Shown here piece after piece: positions 16,603-26,054 of a DNA stretch of 33,753 nt (position 1 is the stretch's first letter; the number at the start of each line of letters is the position of its first letter). This DNA comes from Endomicrobiia bacterium (GTDB lineage: Bacteria; Elusimicrobiota; Endomicrobiia; DTEH01), in assembly GCA_039630545.1 (NCBI GenBank), contig JBCNUU010000011.1:1-33753 (forward strand), written 5' to 3'. Below the pieces are notes generated by a model. The model saw only the letters and a program-made list of their open reading frames with translations. It was not told where the DNA came from and searched no databases. A program made the translations under genes and the position numbers.

Positions 16603-16666
16603 AAATGTGTATAGATACTTCAGTATAATATGGCGTTATCATGGAGAAGAATTTGAATGATGGCTT

Positions 16667-16867
16667 TTGACTACATCTTTAATTGTAATAGTAGGAGTTA
16701 TATGGTTATTGTTTGGATATATAAGATATCTTGTTTGGCGGGCCTTAGCTCGCTTTTTGTATACTGTTGAAGATATAGCAATAAATCTGCAGTTACTCAG
16801 AGAAACTGTCAAAAGTGAAATTAAAGATTTGTTACCTAGCCATTATAAGTTCATTTTAAGATTGTAA
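16667..16867 (+). CDS. Possible small membrane protein or gene fragment
   Basis: Hydrophobic N-terminus and TTG start. The nearest SD+ATG (16657-16662) is out of frame. Overlaps the convergent gene end. Confidence 0.3.
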   Translation: MTTSLIVIVGVIWLLFGYIRYLVWRALARFLYTVEDIAINLQLLRETVKSEIKDLLPSHYKFILRL

Positions 16868-17608
16868 CTCAATGTATTCTGTTCTTACCCAGAAAGAAAT
16901 TGTTTTATCTTTTACGACACAGACAAAAAGTGTTTCGTCAAAATTTTTTGCAAATTCAACGGCAGTTTTAACGTCATTTTCTGTTTTTACTAAATTTCCT
17001 GTTGCTGTTGCTAAAGCATCGGAAAAAATTGCTGAGTTTGAAATTATAGTTACAGCGTCTGCTTTGCCAAAACTTAGTGAGTGTCCTACTGTGCCCGAAG
17101 AAGTGCATATGCCAAGTGGCTGGTTAAGCAGATTTATTTTTATTGAGAGTTTTCCTGTGAATGGTGAGTTTTCACCTGCGTAGATTCCTACGGTTATGGG
17201 TTCGTCTATATAAGCAAAAATATCTCCTCCATTTTCTATTATCAAAAATTTTCTTAATTTTTCTTTTTCTATCCATTTTAGAACTTCAAATCCTAAAAAT
17301 TCAGCAAAAGCGCCTGCTACAGAAGACATAGGGCCTGTATTTGTTTTTTGTGTTACTTCGCACATTTTCTGGACTATTTTTGGAGCATTAGATGGTAAAT
17401 GTAGAGGTTTAAGTGAAGTTAAAAATTGGGGATTTTTTCTTATGTAGTTTTCCAGAGGTTTTCTTAGGTGGAGTAAGTGTTTTAAGATTTTCTTTGAAAA
17501 ATCCTTCGGTGATTTTATAAAAAGAGAGGTTTCTTTGTAAAGAACCTCATATGAGCAAATATTAGATGTTTGAGAGATCAAATTTCTATATTTTTTTTCT
17601 TTTATCAT
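16856..17608 (-). CDS. UPF0280 / ApbE-like (COG2122) protein
   Basis: GPMSSVAGAFAE, IIENGGDI, GICTSSGTVGHSLSFGKADAVTI and DALATA. Confidence 0.9.
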   Translation of the reverse strand: MIKEKKYRNLISQTSNICSYEVLYKETSLFIKSPKDFSKKILKHLLHLRKPLENYIRKNPQFLTSLKPLHLPSNAPKIVQKMCEVTQKTNTGPMSSVAGAFAEFLGFEVLKWIEKEKLRKFLIIENGGDIFAYIDEPITVGIYAGENSPFTGKLSIKINLLNQPLGICTSSGTVGHSLSFGKADAVTIISNSAIFSDALATATGNLVKTENDVKTAVEFAKNFDETLFVCVVKDKTISFWVRTEYIELQS

Positions 17609-18639
17609 TCTATATCAAACTTATAGTAAGTGTTTGGGAAATCTTTTTCTCCTAAAGAATTTAAAATTTTAATTGAAGTTTTTTCTTTGTCATATACAGG
17701 AATTCCAGGAAGTTTCTGTACAGTTGGTATAAAGTTTGCTTTTATAAAGGTTCCATTTTTTTCTAAAAAAACTTCCAAAATTCCTCCATATTTTTGTTTG
17801 CCAGAAAGATTAAAATTGCCATAGGTTAAAAAGTTACCTAAAGAGTAAGCGATAAGTTTTCCTTTGTAGAGTTCTGCTGCTCTTAAAACATGTGGGCCAT
17901 GCCCAAATACAAGGTCTGCTCCTGCTTCAACTGCAGTTCTTGCAAACTTTACTACATTGCCTCTGTTTTCATTTAAAAAATACTCTGTTTCGTCTTTTGT
18001 ATGTAAAGCTTTTTCACCTTCTTTTCCGCCATGGAAAGAAACTACAACTATGTTGTTTTCTTGTTTTAACTGAGAAACTAATTTTTTTGCTTCGTTAATT
18101 CTTAGTATTGAGAATTTACTATTTACAAAACTAAAAGCTACCACGGCTATTTTTGTGTTTTTTACTTCAATTTTTGCAACTTCTTCTTTCGTCGCGCAAA
18201 AAATTCCAGTGCTTGTCAAAAGTTTTTTTGTGTAGTTGTATCCTTCTTGTCCATAATCCATTATGTGATTGTTGTTCATGCATACTACATTTATGTTTAA
18301 ATTTCTTAATATATCAACAAGATTGCAAGGCATTCCAAATATGTAAGCGTTTTTCTTTTCTATTTTATGTTCTGATGGTTTGTGGTTTTCTTCTATAAAA
18401 ACTCCTTCTAAATTGCAGATGACAAGGTCCGCATCTTTTAAGTAACAAGAAATTTCGTTAAAGACATCTATATCATTAGGAACTACATATTTTGGAGTGA
18501 TACTTCCTAACATCGTATCTCCAACACATTTTATTAAGATATACTCAGTGGTTTCATTAATAAGGCCTTCTTCGGAGGTAAAGGCGGGATTTATGAAGGT
18601 AAAAATGTATAAGAAAGCCAGCAAAAAAATTTTTTTCAT
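17605..18639 (-). CDS. CapA/PGA_cap-family secreted metallophosphatase-fold protein
   Basis: Signal peptide; VGDTMLG, NLEG, NNHIMDYG, SFHGG, GHGPHV and YSLGNF. Confidence 0.9.
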   Translation of the reverse strand: MKKIFLLAFLYIFTFINPAFTSEEGLINETTEYILIKCVGDTMLGSITPKYVVPNDIDVFNEISCYLKDADLVICNLEGVFIEENHKPSEHKIEKKNAYIFGMPCNLVDILRNLNINVVCMNNNHIMDYGQEGYNYTKKLLTSTGIFCATKEEVAKIEVKNTKIAVVAFSFVNSKFSILRINEAKKLVSQLKQENNIVVVSFHGGKEGEKALHTKDETEYFLNENRGNVVKFARTAVEAGADLVFGHGPHVLRAAELYKGKLIAYSLGNFLTYGNFNLSGKQKYGGILEVFLEKNGTFIKANFIPTVQKLPGIPVYDKEKTSIKILNSLGEKDFPNTYYKFDIE

Positions 18640-18661
18640 GAGGGGAAGTAAAAAGAAAAAT

Positions 18662-19078
18662 TTATATAATTAATTTTATTGCTTTTGGTGGACAGATTTT
18701 TATACATAACTCGCATGCAATACACTTGTTTTTGTCAAATGATACAAGATAAGTTTCTTTGTCCATCTTTAATGCTCCGACAGGACATATAGGAATACAC
18801 ACACCGCAGTGATAACATATTTTTTCATCAAATTTTATGTCTTTGCTTAAAGATTGGATTTCTATTCCCATTTTTTTTAGAAACTGGATTCCTTTATCAA
18901 AATTTTCTTTGCTTCCAGAAATTTCTAAGATTAAAATTCCTTCAGCATCTGGTTCAATACTTGCTTTAAGTATGTTTATCATAAGATCATAGTCTTTTAC
19001 CAGATGATAAACTACAGGCCTATCAATTAGGTGTTTTGGAAATTTCAATACGAGTTTTCTTGTTATTTCTTTTGTCAT
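18662..19078 (-). CDS. NIL domain plus 2x[4Fe-4S] ferredoxin protein
   Basis: NIL motif (PVVYHLVKDYDLMINILKASI) and two CxxCxxCxxxCP motifs. Confidence 0.9.
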   Translation of the reverse strand: MTKEITRKLVLKFPKHLIDRPVVYHLVKDYDLMINILKASIEPDAEGILILEISGSKENFDKGIQFLKKMGIEIQSLSKDIKFDEKICYHCGVCIPICPVGALKMDKETYLVSFDKNKCIACELCIKICPPKAIKLII

Positions 19079-20703
19079 TCTAAACCCCCTGTGCTATCCG
19101 AAAGGTCTTCTTCTGGTTTTTTTTGTTTTTCTATGATTTTCCCAGAAAACGCAGCTCGGATTTTTTCAACTGTTGGATCTATTTGTTTTTTTGGTTTGAT
19201 AACTATAAAGTTGTTCTGTGAAGAGGTTTGTTGTGGAAGAGATTCTCCAAATACTAATTTATTTTGTTTTACTTCGTATATAATTTTTAGATTTATATCC
19301 AGAAATTCTTTAAGAAAATTTTCTAATTTTAAGTTATGTTTTTCTAATGCTATTTTAGTATACTTGTTCGGAAGAAAAATTGTCAATGTATCGTTGTTTA
19401 ACACAACTTCAGAAGAAGCAAGTATTGGATAACTTAGAGGTTTTTCCTTTTTTATTGTCTCTAAAACATTTTCCCAGATTTTTTCAAAATTTTCAAGAGG
19501 TTTTTTTGTTTCTGGAGAACTTTCTTTTTTTGGTTCAATTTTTGTTTGAGATGTAGTTTGCTGTTGAGGTTGTGTTGGTAAAGTTTGAAAAGTTTCTAAA
19601 TTTTTAATTATTTCATTTATGTCTATATACTGTTGAGTGAGCTTTATGGTATAAAGTTCAAAAAGTATTTTAGGATAATCTGTTCTTTTTATTTCTTCTG
19701 TAAGTCGTATAAGTTGCTGGATTGATGCTATTATGTGAGTGGTGGTAAAGCTATCTTTAAATTTTGATACAGGCAAATTAAAGTTTTGAGTAACATCAGA
19801 TTTAGCATAAAGTAAAGCTCTAAAAAATTCAAGCAGGTCCTTTGAAAATTGATAAAAATCAACTCCAGAATAGTATATTTCATTTACATAGTTTATGATT
19901 TTTTTTATATCAGATTCTATTATTAATTCAATATATTTTTCTATTATTTCATTTGGTGTAATTCCGAAAATTTCTTTTACAAGATTTGAGTCCACAACTT
20001 CATATGTTTCAGTATAGGATAAAATCTGATCCAACAAACTCAATGCGTCTCTTACTGAACCGTTGGAGGCTTCTGCTATTATTTTTAATGCATCATCTGT
20101 GATTTTTTGTAATTTATTTTCTTTTGTAAGTACATATTTTAACCTTTCAAATATAATATTTGATGAAATTGGTTTAAATTTAAAAACCTGACAGCGAGAC
20201 ACAATAGTTAAAGGTAAAGCGTTGAATTCAGTAGTTGCTAATATAAAAACTACATAACTTGGAGGTTCTTCAAGAGTTTTAAGAAAAGCATTAAAGGCTG
20301 CATCTGTTATCTGATGTGCTTCATCTATAATGTAGACTTTGTACTTTGAGTTTGCTGGCACATATTTTACAGTTTCCCTTAGAGCTCTTATATCATCTAT
20401 TCCACGGTTTGATGCTGCGTCTATTTCTATTACATCTACACTGTTTCCTTGAGTTATTTCTATGCAGTTTTGGCAGGTATTGCAGGGTTCAAAATCCTGT
20501 GTTGGGTTAAGACAGTTTAGGGCTTTTGCTAAAACTCTTGCTGTGGTTGTCTTTCCTGTGCCTCGCATTCCAGCAAATATGTAAGCATGCCAGATCTTTT
20601 TTGATTTTAAAGCATTCTTCAGAGTTGTTATTATATGATCCTGACCTACTATATCTGAAAAATTTTGTGGTCTGTACTTTCGTGCTAAAACTAAATAGCT
20701 CAT
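19075..20703 (-). CDS. dnaX: DNA polymerase III subunit gamma/tau
   Basis: LARKYRPQNF, GMRGTGKTT, Cys zinc motif, EIDAASN, IIDEAH, KTLEEPP and SRCQ. Confidence 0.97.
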   Translation of the reverse strand: MSYLVLARKYRPQNFSDIVGQDHIITTLKNALKSKKIWHAYIFAGMRGTGKTTTARVLAKALNCLNPTQDFEPCNTCQNCIEITQGNSVDVIEIDAASNRGIDDIRALRETVKYVPANSKYKVYIIDEAHQITDAAFNAFLKTLEEPPSYVVFILATTEFNALPLTIVSRCQVFKFKPISSNIIFERLKYVLTKENKLQKITDDALKIIAEASNGSVRDALSLLDQILSYTETYEVVDSNLVKEIFGITPNEIIEKYIELIIESDIKKIINYVNEIYYSGVDFYQFSKDLLEFFRALLYAKSDVTQNFNLPVSKFKDSFTTTHIIASIQQLIRLTEEIKRTDYPKILFELYTIKLTQQYIDINEIIKNLETFQTLPTQPQQQTTSQTKIEPKKESSPETKKPLENFEKIWENVLETIKKEKPLSYPILASSEVVLNNDTLTIFLPNKYTKIALEKHNLKLENFLKEFLDINLKIIYEVKQNKLVFGESLPQQTSSQNNFIVIKPKKQIDPTVEKIRAAFSGKIIEKQKKPEEDLSDSTGGLE

Positions 20704-21389
20704 TAGTTAAGAAAGTTTTTTAAATGTTTTAGAGTGGTTAATATTTCTTTTGATTCATATATACTTCTTCCTACTACAATATAATCAGCCCCATAATGGA
20801 TAACTTTTTCAATACTGTCAGCTCTTTTTTGATCTGGATTGTTGTCTTGTATGGTTACTCCAGGAACAAGAGTCAGAAATTTTTTTCCACAAACATTTTT
20901 TATTAAACTAACTTCGTTTGGTGAACATACAACTCCATCAGCTTTTGAAGCTTTTGCTAACTTTGCCAGATTTAAAACTGTGTTTTTTATGTTAGTTTTA
21001 AATCCAAATAATTTTAGGTCCTTTTCTTCTAAACTGGTTAAAATTGTAACTGCAAAAATTAGTGGTTTTTGGCTTAAGTCATCCGTCAGTTTTCTTATTT
21101 CTTCTAACATATTCTTTCCACCGAGCGTGTGAACTGTAAACCCCCAGATTTTGTATTTTGTTAAAATTTCTTTTACTGCTTTTGCTATTACTGAAGGAAT
21201 ATCGTGAAATTTTAAGTCAAGCAAAACATTTGCGTTTTTTTTAGCTATATAGTTTATAATTTCAGGATGAGTATCAAAAAGTAAATGACCTATTTTAAAA
21301 ATCTTAAAGTCAAACTTCAAAGCAGCATCTATTATTTTTTTTGCTTTATTTATATCCGTATCAAGAGCAATTACTAATTTCGAGCTCAT
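20703..21389 (-). CDS. pyrF: Orotidine-5'-phosphate decarboxylase
   Basis: VIALD, FKIG, LDLKFHDIP, VTILTS, DGVVCS, DQKR and VVGRSI. ATG 21389 preferred over TTG 21401. Confidence 0.95.
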   Translation of the reverse strand: MSSKLVIALDTDINKAKKIIDAALKFDFKIFKIGHLLFDTHPEIINYIAKKNANVLLDLKFHDIPSVIAKAVKEILTKYKIWGFTVHTLGGKNMLEEIRKLTDDLSQKPLIFAVTILTSLEEKDLKLFGFKTNIKNTVLNLAKLAKASKADGVVCSPNEVSLIKNVCGKKFLTLVPGVTIQDNNPDQKRADSIEKVIHYGADYIVVGRSIYESKEILTTLKHLKNFLN

Positions 21390-21413
21390 ATAATAAAACA
21401 AGTCAGCTAAAAC

Positions 21414-22097
21414 CTATCTTTTTAAGACTTTTTTCTCTAATTGGATAATTTTTAGAATACTTTGCTGTGCAAGAGCTATTAGTTCATTAAGAAGTTTAAC
21501 ATCATATAAGCCTTTTTCTGAGGTATATTGTAGTTCTATTATTTCTTTGTCTTCTGTCATTACTACAGTTGCATCTACTTCTGCTTGATTGTCCTGTTGT
21601 TGATTTAGGTCTACTACTTTTTTCCCATTTACAACTCCTGCAGAGACACTTCCTATAAATTTCTTTATAGGATTTTCTTTTAGTTTTTGTTGTTTTATAA
21701 GATTTCTAAATAAATCATACATTGCAATAAAACTGCCATTTATAGCCGCAGTTCTTGTGCCACCATCTGCTTGTAGGACATCACAGTCTATAATAACTGT
21801 ATTGGGTCCCAGCGCTTCTAAGTTTACTACTGCTCTTAAAGCTCTTCCTATTATGCGAGATATTTCTTTTGTTCTGCCACTTGTTAGTTGTTGCTGTCTT
21901 GGGTTTCTCTGTTGAGAGGAAGATTGTGGAAGCATGAAATACTCGGCTGTTACCCATCCAGAGTTGGTACCCTTTAGATGTGGTGGTTGGCCTGGTTGGA
22001 TAGTTGCGTTGCATAAAACTTGTGTGTTGCCCATACAGAAAAGACAGGAGCCCAGTGCAAATTTGTTATAGTTGCGTATAATTTTTAGTTTTCTCAT
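21414..22097 (-). CDS. rph: Ribonuclease PH
   Basis: GWVTAEYFMLP, SGRTKEISRIIGRALR and DCDVLQADGGTRTA. Start uncertain (22097 or 22106). Confidence 0.93.
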   Translation of the reverse strand: MRKLKIIRNYNKFALGSCLFCMGNTQVLCNATIQPGQPPHLKGTNSGWVTAEYFMLPQSSSQQRNPRQQQLTSGRTKEISRIIGRALRAVVNLEALGPNTVIIDCDVLQADGGTRTAAINGSFIAMYDLFRNLIKQQKLKENPIKKFIGSVSAGVVNGKKVVDLNQQQDNQAEVDATVVMTEDKEIIELQYTSEKGLYDVKLLNELIALAQQSILKIIQLEKKVLKR

Positions 22098-22175
22098 TGT
22101 TATCAAAAAATTTTAATATAAAAACCTGTTTTAAATATCAACCTTTGAAGAGTTTAATAAAAAATACTTTAAATG

Positions 22176-24890
22176 CTAAAATAAAATTTCTTGATAGTAC
22201 TTTTTTATTTTTTCTAGTTTTTCTTTTGTAAGAATATGTTTTTCTTTAATTTTTTTGACTTCTTCCTGCGGAGCTTTCGTTAAAAATTCAGAGTTGTTGA
22301 GCCTACTTTCAAGCAGTTGTAAAAATTTTTCTGTTTCTTCTATTTCTTTCTTTAGACGCAGTTTTTCTTTTTCAAAATCTATTATCCCCTCAAGTAATAC
22401 ATATAATTCAACGCTTCCTATTTCTTTTGATATGTTAAATACAGCAGATGAAGAATATCTGGGTTTGCTAAAAGAGATATGCTTTTTATTTACGATGTCA
22501 ATTGTATCAACAAAAGATAGTTTTTGTATGTAGATGCTATATTCGGTTAAAAACGCCTCTTGGGTGTTGTCTTCAACCGTAAAGATTACTTTTGGTTTAA
22601 TGTTCGGTTGCAGTTTGAATTCGTTTCTTATGCTTCTTATTTCTGAGATGATTTCTTTTATCAATTCAAAAATAAAGATTTCTTTTTTGTGTTTTGAAAG
22701 GTCAATTTTTTGAATTTCAAACCAGCTGGTTTCTAATATGCTATCTTTAGTTTGTGGTAGAAATTTTTTAACACTTTGATAGATGTGTTCTGTGAAAAAC
22801 GGTATTACCGGGTGAAGAAGTTTTAAAATTTTTTCTAATATATAAACCAATACGCCTAAAGTTGATATCCTTTTTTCTTCTTTTTGTAGATTTATCTTTG
22901 CTGTTTCTAAATACCAATCACAGTATTTAAACCATATAAAATCGTATAATTCTCTTGAGATATTTCCTAACAAATACTTTTCATAGTAATCCTTAATTGT
23001 TAAAATCAATTTTTGAAACTGGTCTAAGATCCAGTACTCTGATATAGTAAAATTCTCACTACTGTGTAAAATTTCTTGACTTAGCCAATTTTTAAGTTCA
23101 GGTTCGTCTTCTTCTTTTATGTTTAGCATTATAAATCTTGTCATATTGTAGAGTTTGTTCATAAAGTTTCTTGAAGATACAAAACTTTCCTCTGCAAGAT
23201 GAATATCTCTCCCAGCAGTTGTTGAAGAAACCAGTGAAAATCTTAAAGCATCTGTGCCGTATTTTTCTACTATATCAAGTGGATCTATTACGTTTCCTAA
23301 TGATTTTGACATTTTTTTGCCGTGGATGTCTCTAACAATTCCGTGAACATATACTTCTTTAAAAGGCACCTCATCTAAAAAATGAAGACCCATCATTATC
23401 ATCCTTGCTACCCATAAGTATAAGATTTCATATCCTGTCACAAGAATCTGTGTGGGATAAAAATATTTTAACTCGGAGTTGTTTTCGTCTATGCCCCATC
23501 CAAAAACAGAAAATGGCCAGAGTGCTGAAGAAAACCATGTATCTAAAACATCTTGATCTTGAAAAACTTCTTTGCTGCTGCAGTGAGGACATTTTTCAGG
23601 AGTTGTTTCATATACAAAAGGTTCGCATTCGTTTTTGCAATACCAAATAGGGATTCTATGCCCCCACCAGATCTGTCTTGATATACACCAATCTTTTATA
23701 TTTTCAAGCCAGTTTAAAGTATAATCCCTGTAGACTTCAGGATAGTATATAACTTTTCCCTCAGATATAGCTTTATGAGCTTTTTGTGCAATTTCTTTCA
23801 TCTTTATAAACCACTGTTTTGAGGTAAGAGGTTCAATCACAGTCCCACACCTGTAACATATTCCCACATTGTGTGTATAATCTTCTACTTTTTCAATTAA
23901 ACCAAGTTTATTTAGGTCTTCTTCAACTTTTTTTCTGCATTCAAATCTATCAAGGCCAGAGTAGACTCCAACATTTATCATTTTAGCATCTTCGTTAATG
24001 ACTTTTAAAATTTCAAGATTGTGTCTCTGTGCCATTTCAAAGTCAGCAGGGTCATGAGCTGGAGTTACTTTTACAGCACCTGTTCCAAATTCGGGATCAA
24101 CAACTTTGTCAGCTATTATCTTTATTTCTCTGTTCATTAACGGTAATATAACAACTTCGCCTATAAAATTTTTATATCTTTCGTCTTCTGGATTTACTGC
24201 TACGGCTGTGTCGCCTAACATTGTTTCTGGTCTTACAGTTGCTACTGTAATAAATCCCTTTTTTTCTTTAAGTGGGTATTTTATATACCAAAGTTTGTCA
24301 GTTTGTGTTTTATATTCAACCTCAATGTCAGCGAGTGCGGTTTGACAGCGTGGACACCAGTTAACAATTCTTTCACCTCTGTATATGTATTTTTGGTCAA
24401 AAAGCTTTTTAAATGCTTTATAAACAGCTGCTGAACATATTTCATCCATTGTAAATCTAGTTCTTTCCCAGTCACAAAGACAACCTAAATGTTTAAGTTG
24501 ATGTAGAATTGTATCACCTGTTTCTTTTCTCCACTGCCACATAAACTCTAAAAATTTTTCTCTTCCTAATTGATGTTTTGTTTTACCTTCTTTAATAAGA
24601 AGCCTTTCAACCACATTTTGAGTTGCAATTCCTCCATGGTCAGTTCCTGGCACCCATAACGCATTAAAATGATTCATTTTTGCTATCCTTATTATCACAT
24701 CTTGTATAGTGTTATTAAGAGCATGTCCCATATGAAGAGCTCCTGTTATGTTTGGAGGTGGAATTACTATAACGAAAGGTTTTTTTGTTTTGTCAATTTC
24801 GGCATGATAGAGTTTTTTTTCTAACCAGAACTGTAAAATTTTAGGCTCTACTTGTTTTGGATCGTATGCTTTAGGTAGCTCTTTCTGCAT
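22176..24890 (-). CDS. valS: Valine--tRNA ligase
   Basis: PPPNITGALHMGH, DWCISRQIWWGH, KMSKS and a C-terminal coiled coil. Confidence 0.98.
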   Translation of the reverse strand: MQKELPKAYDPKQVEPKILQFWLEKKLYHAEIDKTKKPFVIVIPPPNITGALHMGHALNNTIQDVIIRIAKMNHFNALWVPGTDHGGIATQNVVERLLIKEGKTKHQLGREKFLEFMWQWRKETGDTILHQLKHLGCLCDWERTRFTMDEICSAAVYKAFKKLFDQKYIYRGERIVNWCPRCQTALADIEVEYKTQTDKLWYIKYPLKEKKGFITVATVRPETMLGDTAVAVNPEDERYKNFIGEVVILPLMNREIKIIADKVVDPEFGTGAVKVTPAHDPADFEMAQRHNLEILKVINEDAKMINVGVYSGLDRFECRKKVEEDLNKLGLIEKVEDYTHNVGICYRCGTVIEPLTSKQWFIKMKEIAQKAHKAISEGKVIYYPEVYRDYTLNWLENIKDWCISRQIWWGHRIPIWYCKNECEPFVYETTPEKCPHCSSKEVFQDQDVLDTWFSSALWPFSVFGWGIDENNSELKYFYPTQILVTGYEILYLWVARMIMMGLHFLDEVPFKEVYVHGIVRDIHGKKMSKSLGNVIDPLDIVEKYGTDALRFSLVSSTTAGRDIHLAEESFVSSRNFMNKLYNMTRFIMLNIKEEDEPELKNWLSQEILHSSENFTISEYWILDQFQKLILTIKDYYEKYLLGNISRELYDFIWFKYCDWYLETAKINLQKEEKRISTLGVLVYILEKILKLLHPVIPFFTEHIYQSVKKFLPQTKDSILETSWFEIQKIDLSKHKKEIFIFELIKEIISEIRSIRNEFKLQPNIKPKVIFTVEDNTQEAFLTEYSIYIQKLSFVDTIDIVNKKHISFSKPRYSSSAVFNISKEIGSVELYVLLEGIIDFEKEKLRLKKEIEETEKFLQLLESRLNNSEFLTKAPQEEVKKIKEKHILTKEKLEKIKKYYQEILF

Positions 24891-25097
24891 TAGTTTTTAT
24901 GTCCTTTTTAAAAGATTTTGTTTGACTTCATTTTTTACAATAAAAAAATTTCTATTGCAAGATTTTTGTAATTTTAGTTCAGTGTGAAATATTGAAATGT
25001 GAAAGAAAATTATATAATTATTAAAGTAACCTTTCTTAGATAAATGTAATCTAAATTAAAATCAAGAATACTTTAAAAGCCAGGAGGTGAGCAGTAT

Positions 25098-25988
25098 ATG
25101 AACACACTAAAAACAACATTTCTTATGCTAGCTTTAATAATGTTATTTGTGTTAGTTGGTAATTTAATTGCAGGTAAAGAAGGAATGATGTGGGCTTTTA
25201 TGATGGCTTTAATAATGAACGGAATCGCTTACTGGTTTTCTGATAAGATAGTTCTTGCTTTATATGGTGCTAAAGAGATAAAAGAGGAAAATTATCCAAG
25301 AATTTTTTCCATAATAAGAGAACTAACTACATCTATGGGACTTCCTATGCCTAAGGTTTGTGTAATTGAAACTCAAACTCCAAATGCCTTTGCTACAGGA
25401 AGAAATCCACAAAACTCTGCTGTTGTTTTGACTACTGGAATTATAAACCTCTTAAATGATAGAGAGCTAAGAGGTGTTATAGCACACGAACTCTCACATA
25501 TTAAAAATAGAGATACTTTAATCTCTTTAGTTGCGGCCACTATAGCTGGAGCAATTTTTACCTTAGCAAGAATGGCTCAATGGGCTTTGATGTTTGGTGG
25601 TTTAAGAAGAAGAGATGAAAGAGAAGGAGGAATTTTAGGAAGTTTGGGAATGTTACTTTTAGTTATTCTGGCACCAATTGCTGCAATGATAATACAGCTT
25701 GCTATTTCTCGCTCAAGAGAGTATGAAGCTGATAAATCAGCAGGAGTTGCTACAAGGGATCCTTTAAGTTTAGCAAGTGCTTTAAGAAAACTTCATGAAA
25801 CTGTTCAGAAATATCCAATGGTTAATGCAGAACCTACCACTTCACATTTGTTTATTGTAAATCCACTTAAAGGAAAAGATATTTTAGCTCTGTTTTCCAC
25901 ACATCCCCCAGTTTCAGAAAGAATAAAAAAACTTGAACAACTCCATCAAGAAATTAGTGGTTATAACATTCCCAACATTATAAGATAA
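25098..25988 (+). CDS. htpX: Zinc metalloprotease HtpX
   Basis: PNAFATGRNP, HELSH, SRSREYEAD, FSTHPP and TM segments; SD AGGAGG. Confidence 0.96.
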   Translation: MNTLKTTFLMLALIMLFVLVGNLIAGKEGMMWAFMMALIMNGIAYWFSDKIVLALYGAKEIKEENYPRIFSIIRELTTSMGLPMPKVCVIETQTPNAFATGRNPQNSAVVLTTGIINLLNDRELRGVIAHELSHIKNRDTLISLVAATIAGAIFTLARMAQWALMFGGLRRRDEREGGILGSLGMLLLVILAPIAAMIIQLAISRSREYEADKSAGVATRDPLSLASALRKLHETVQKYPMVNAEPTTSHLFIVNPLKGKDILALFSTHPPVSERIKKLEQLHQEISGYNIPNIIR

Positions 25989-26054
25989 AAATTTAAATTT
26001 TGGGTCTCTTATACTTAAGTTATTCAATTTATTTTATTACAGGAAGGTTTTTTT

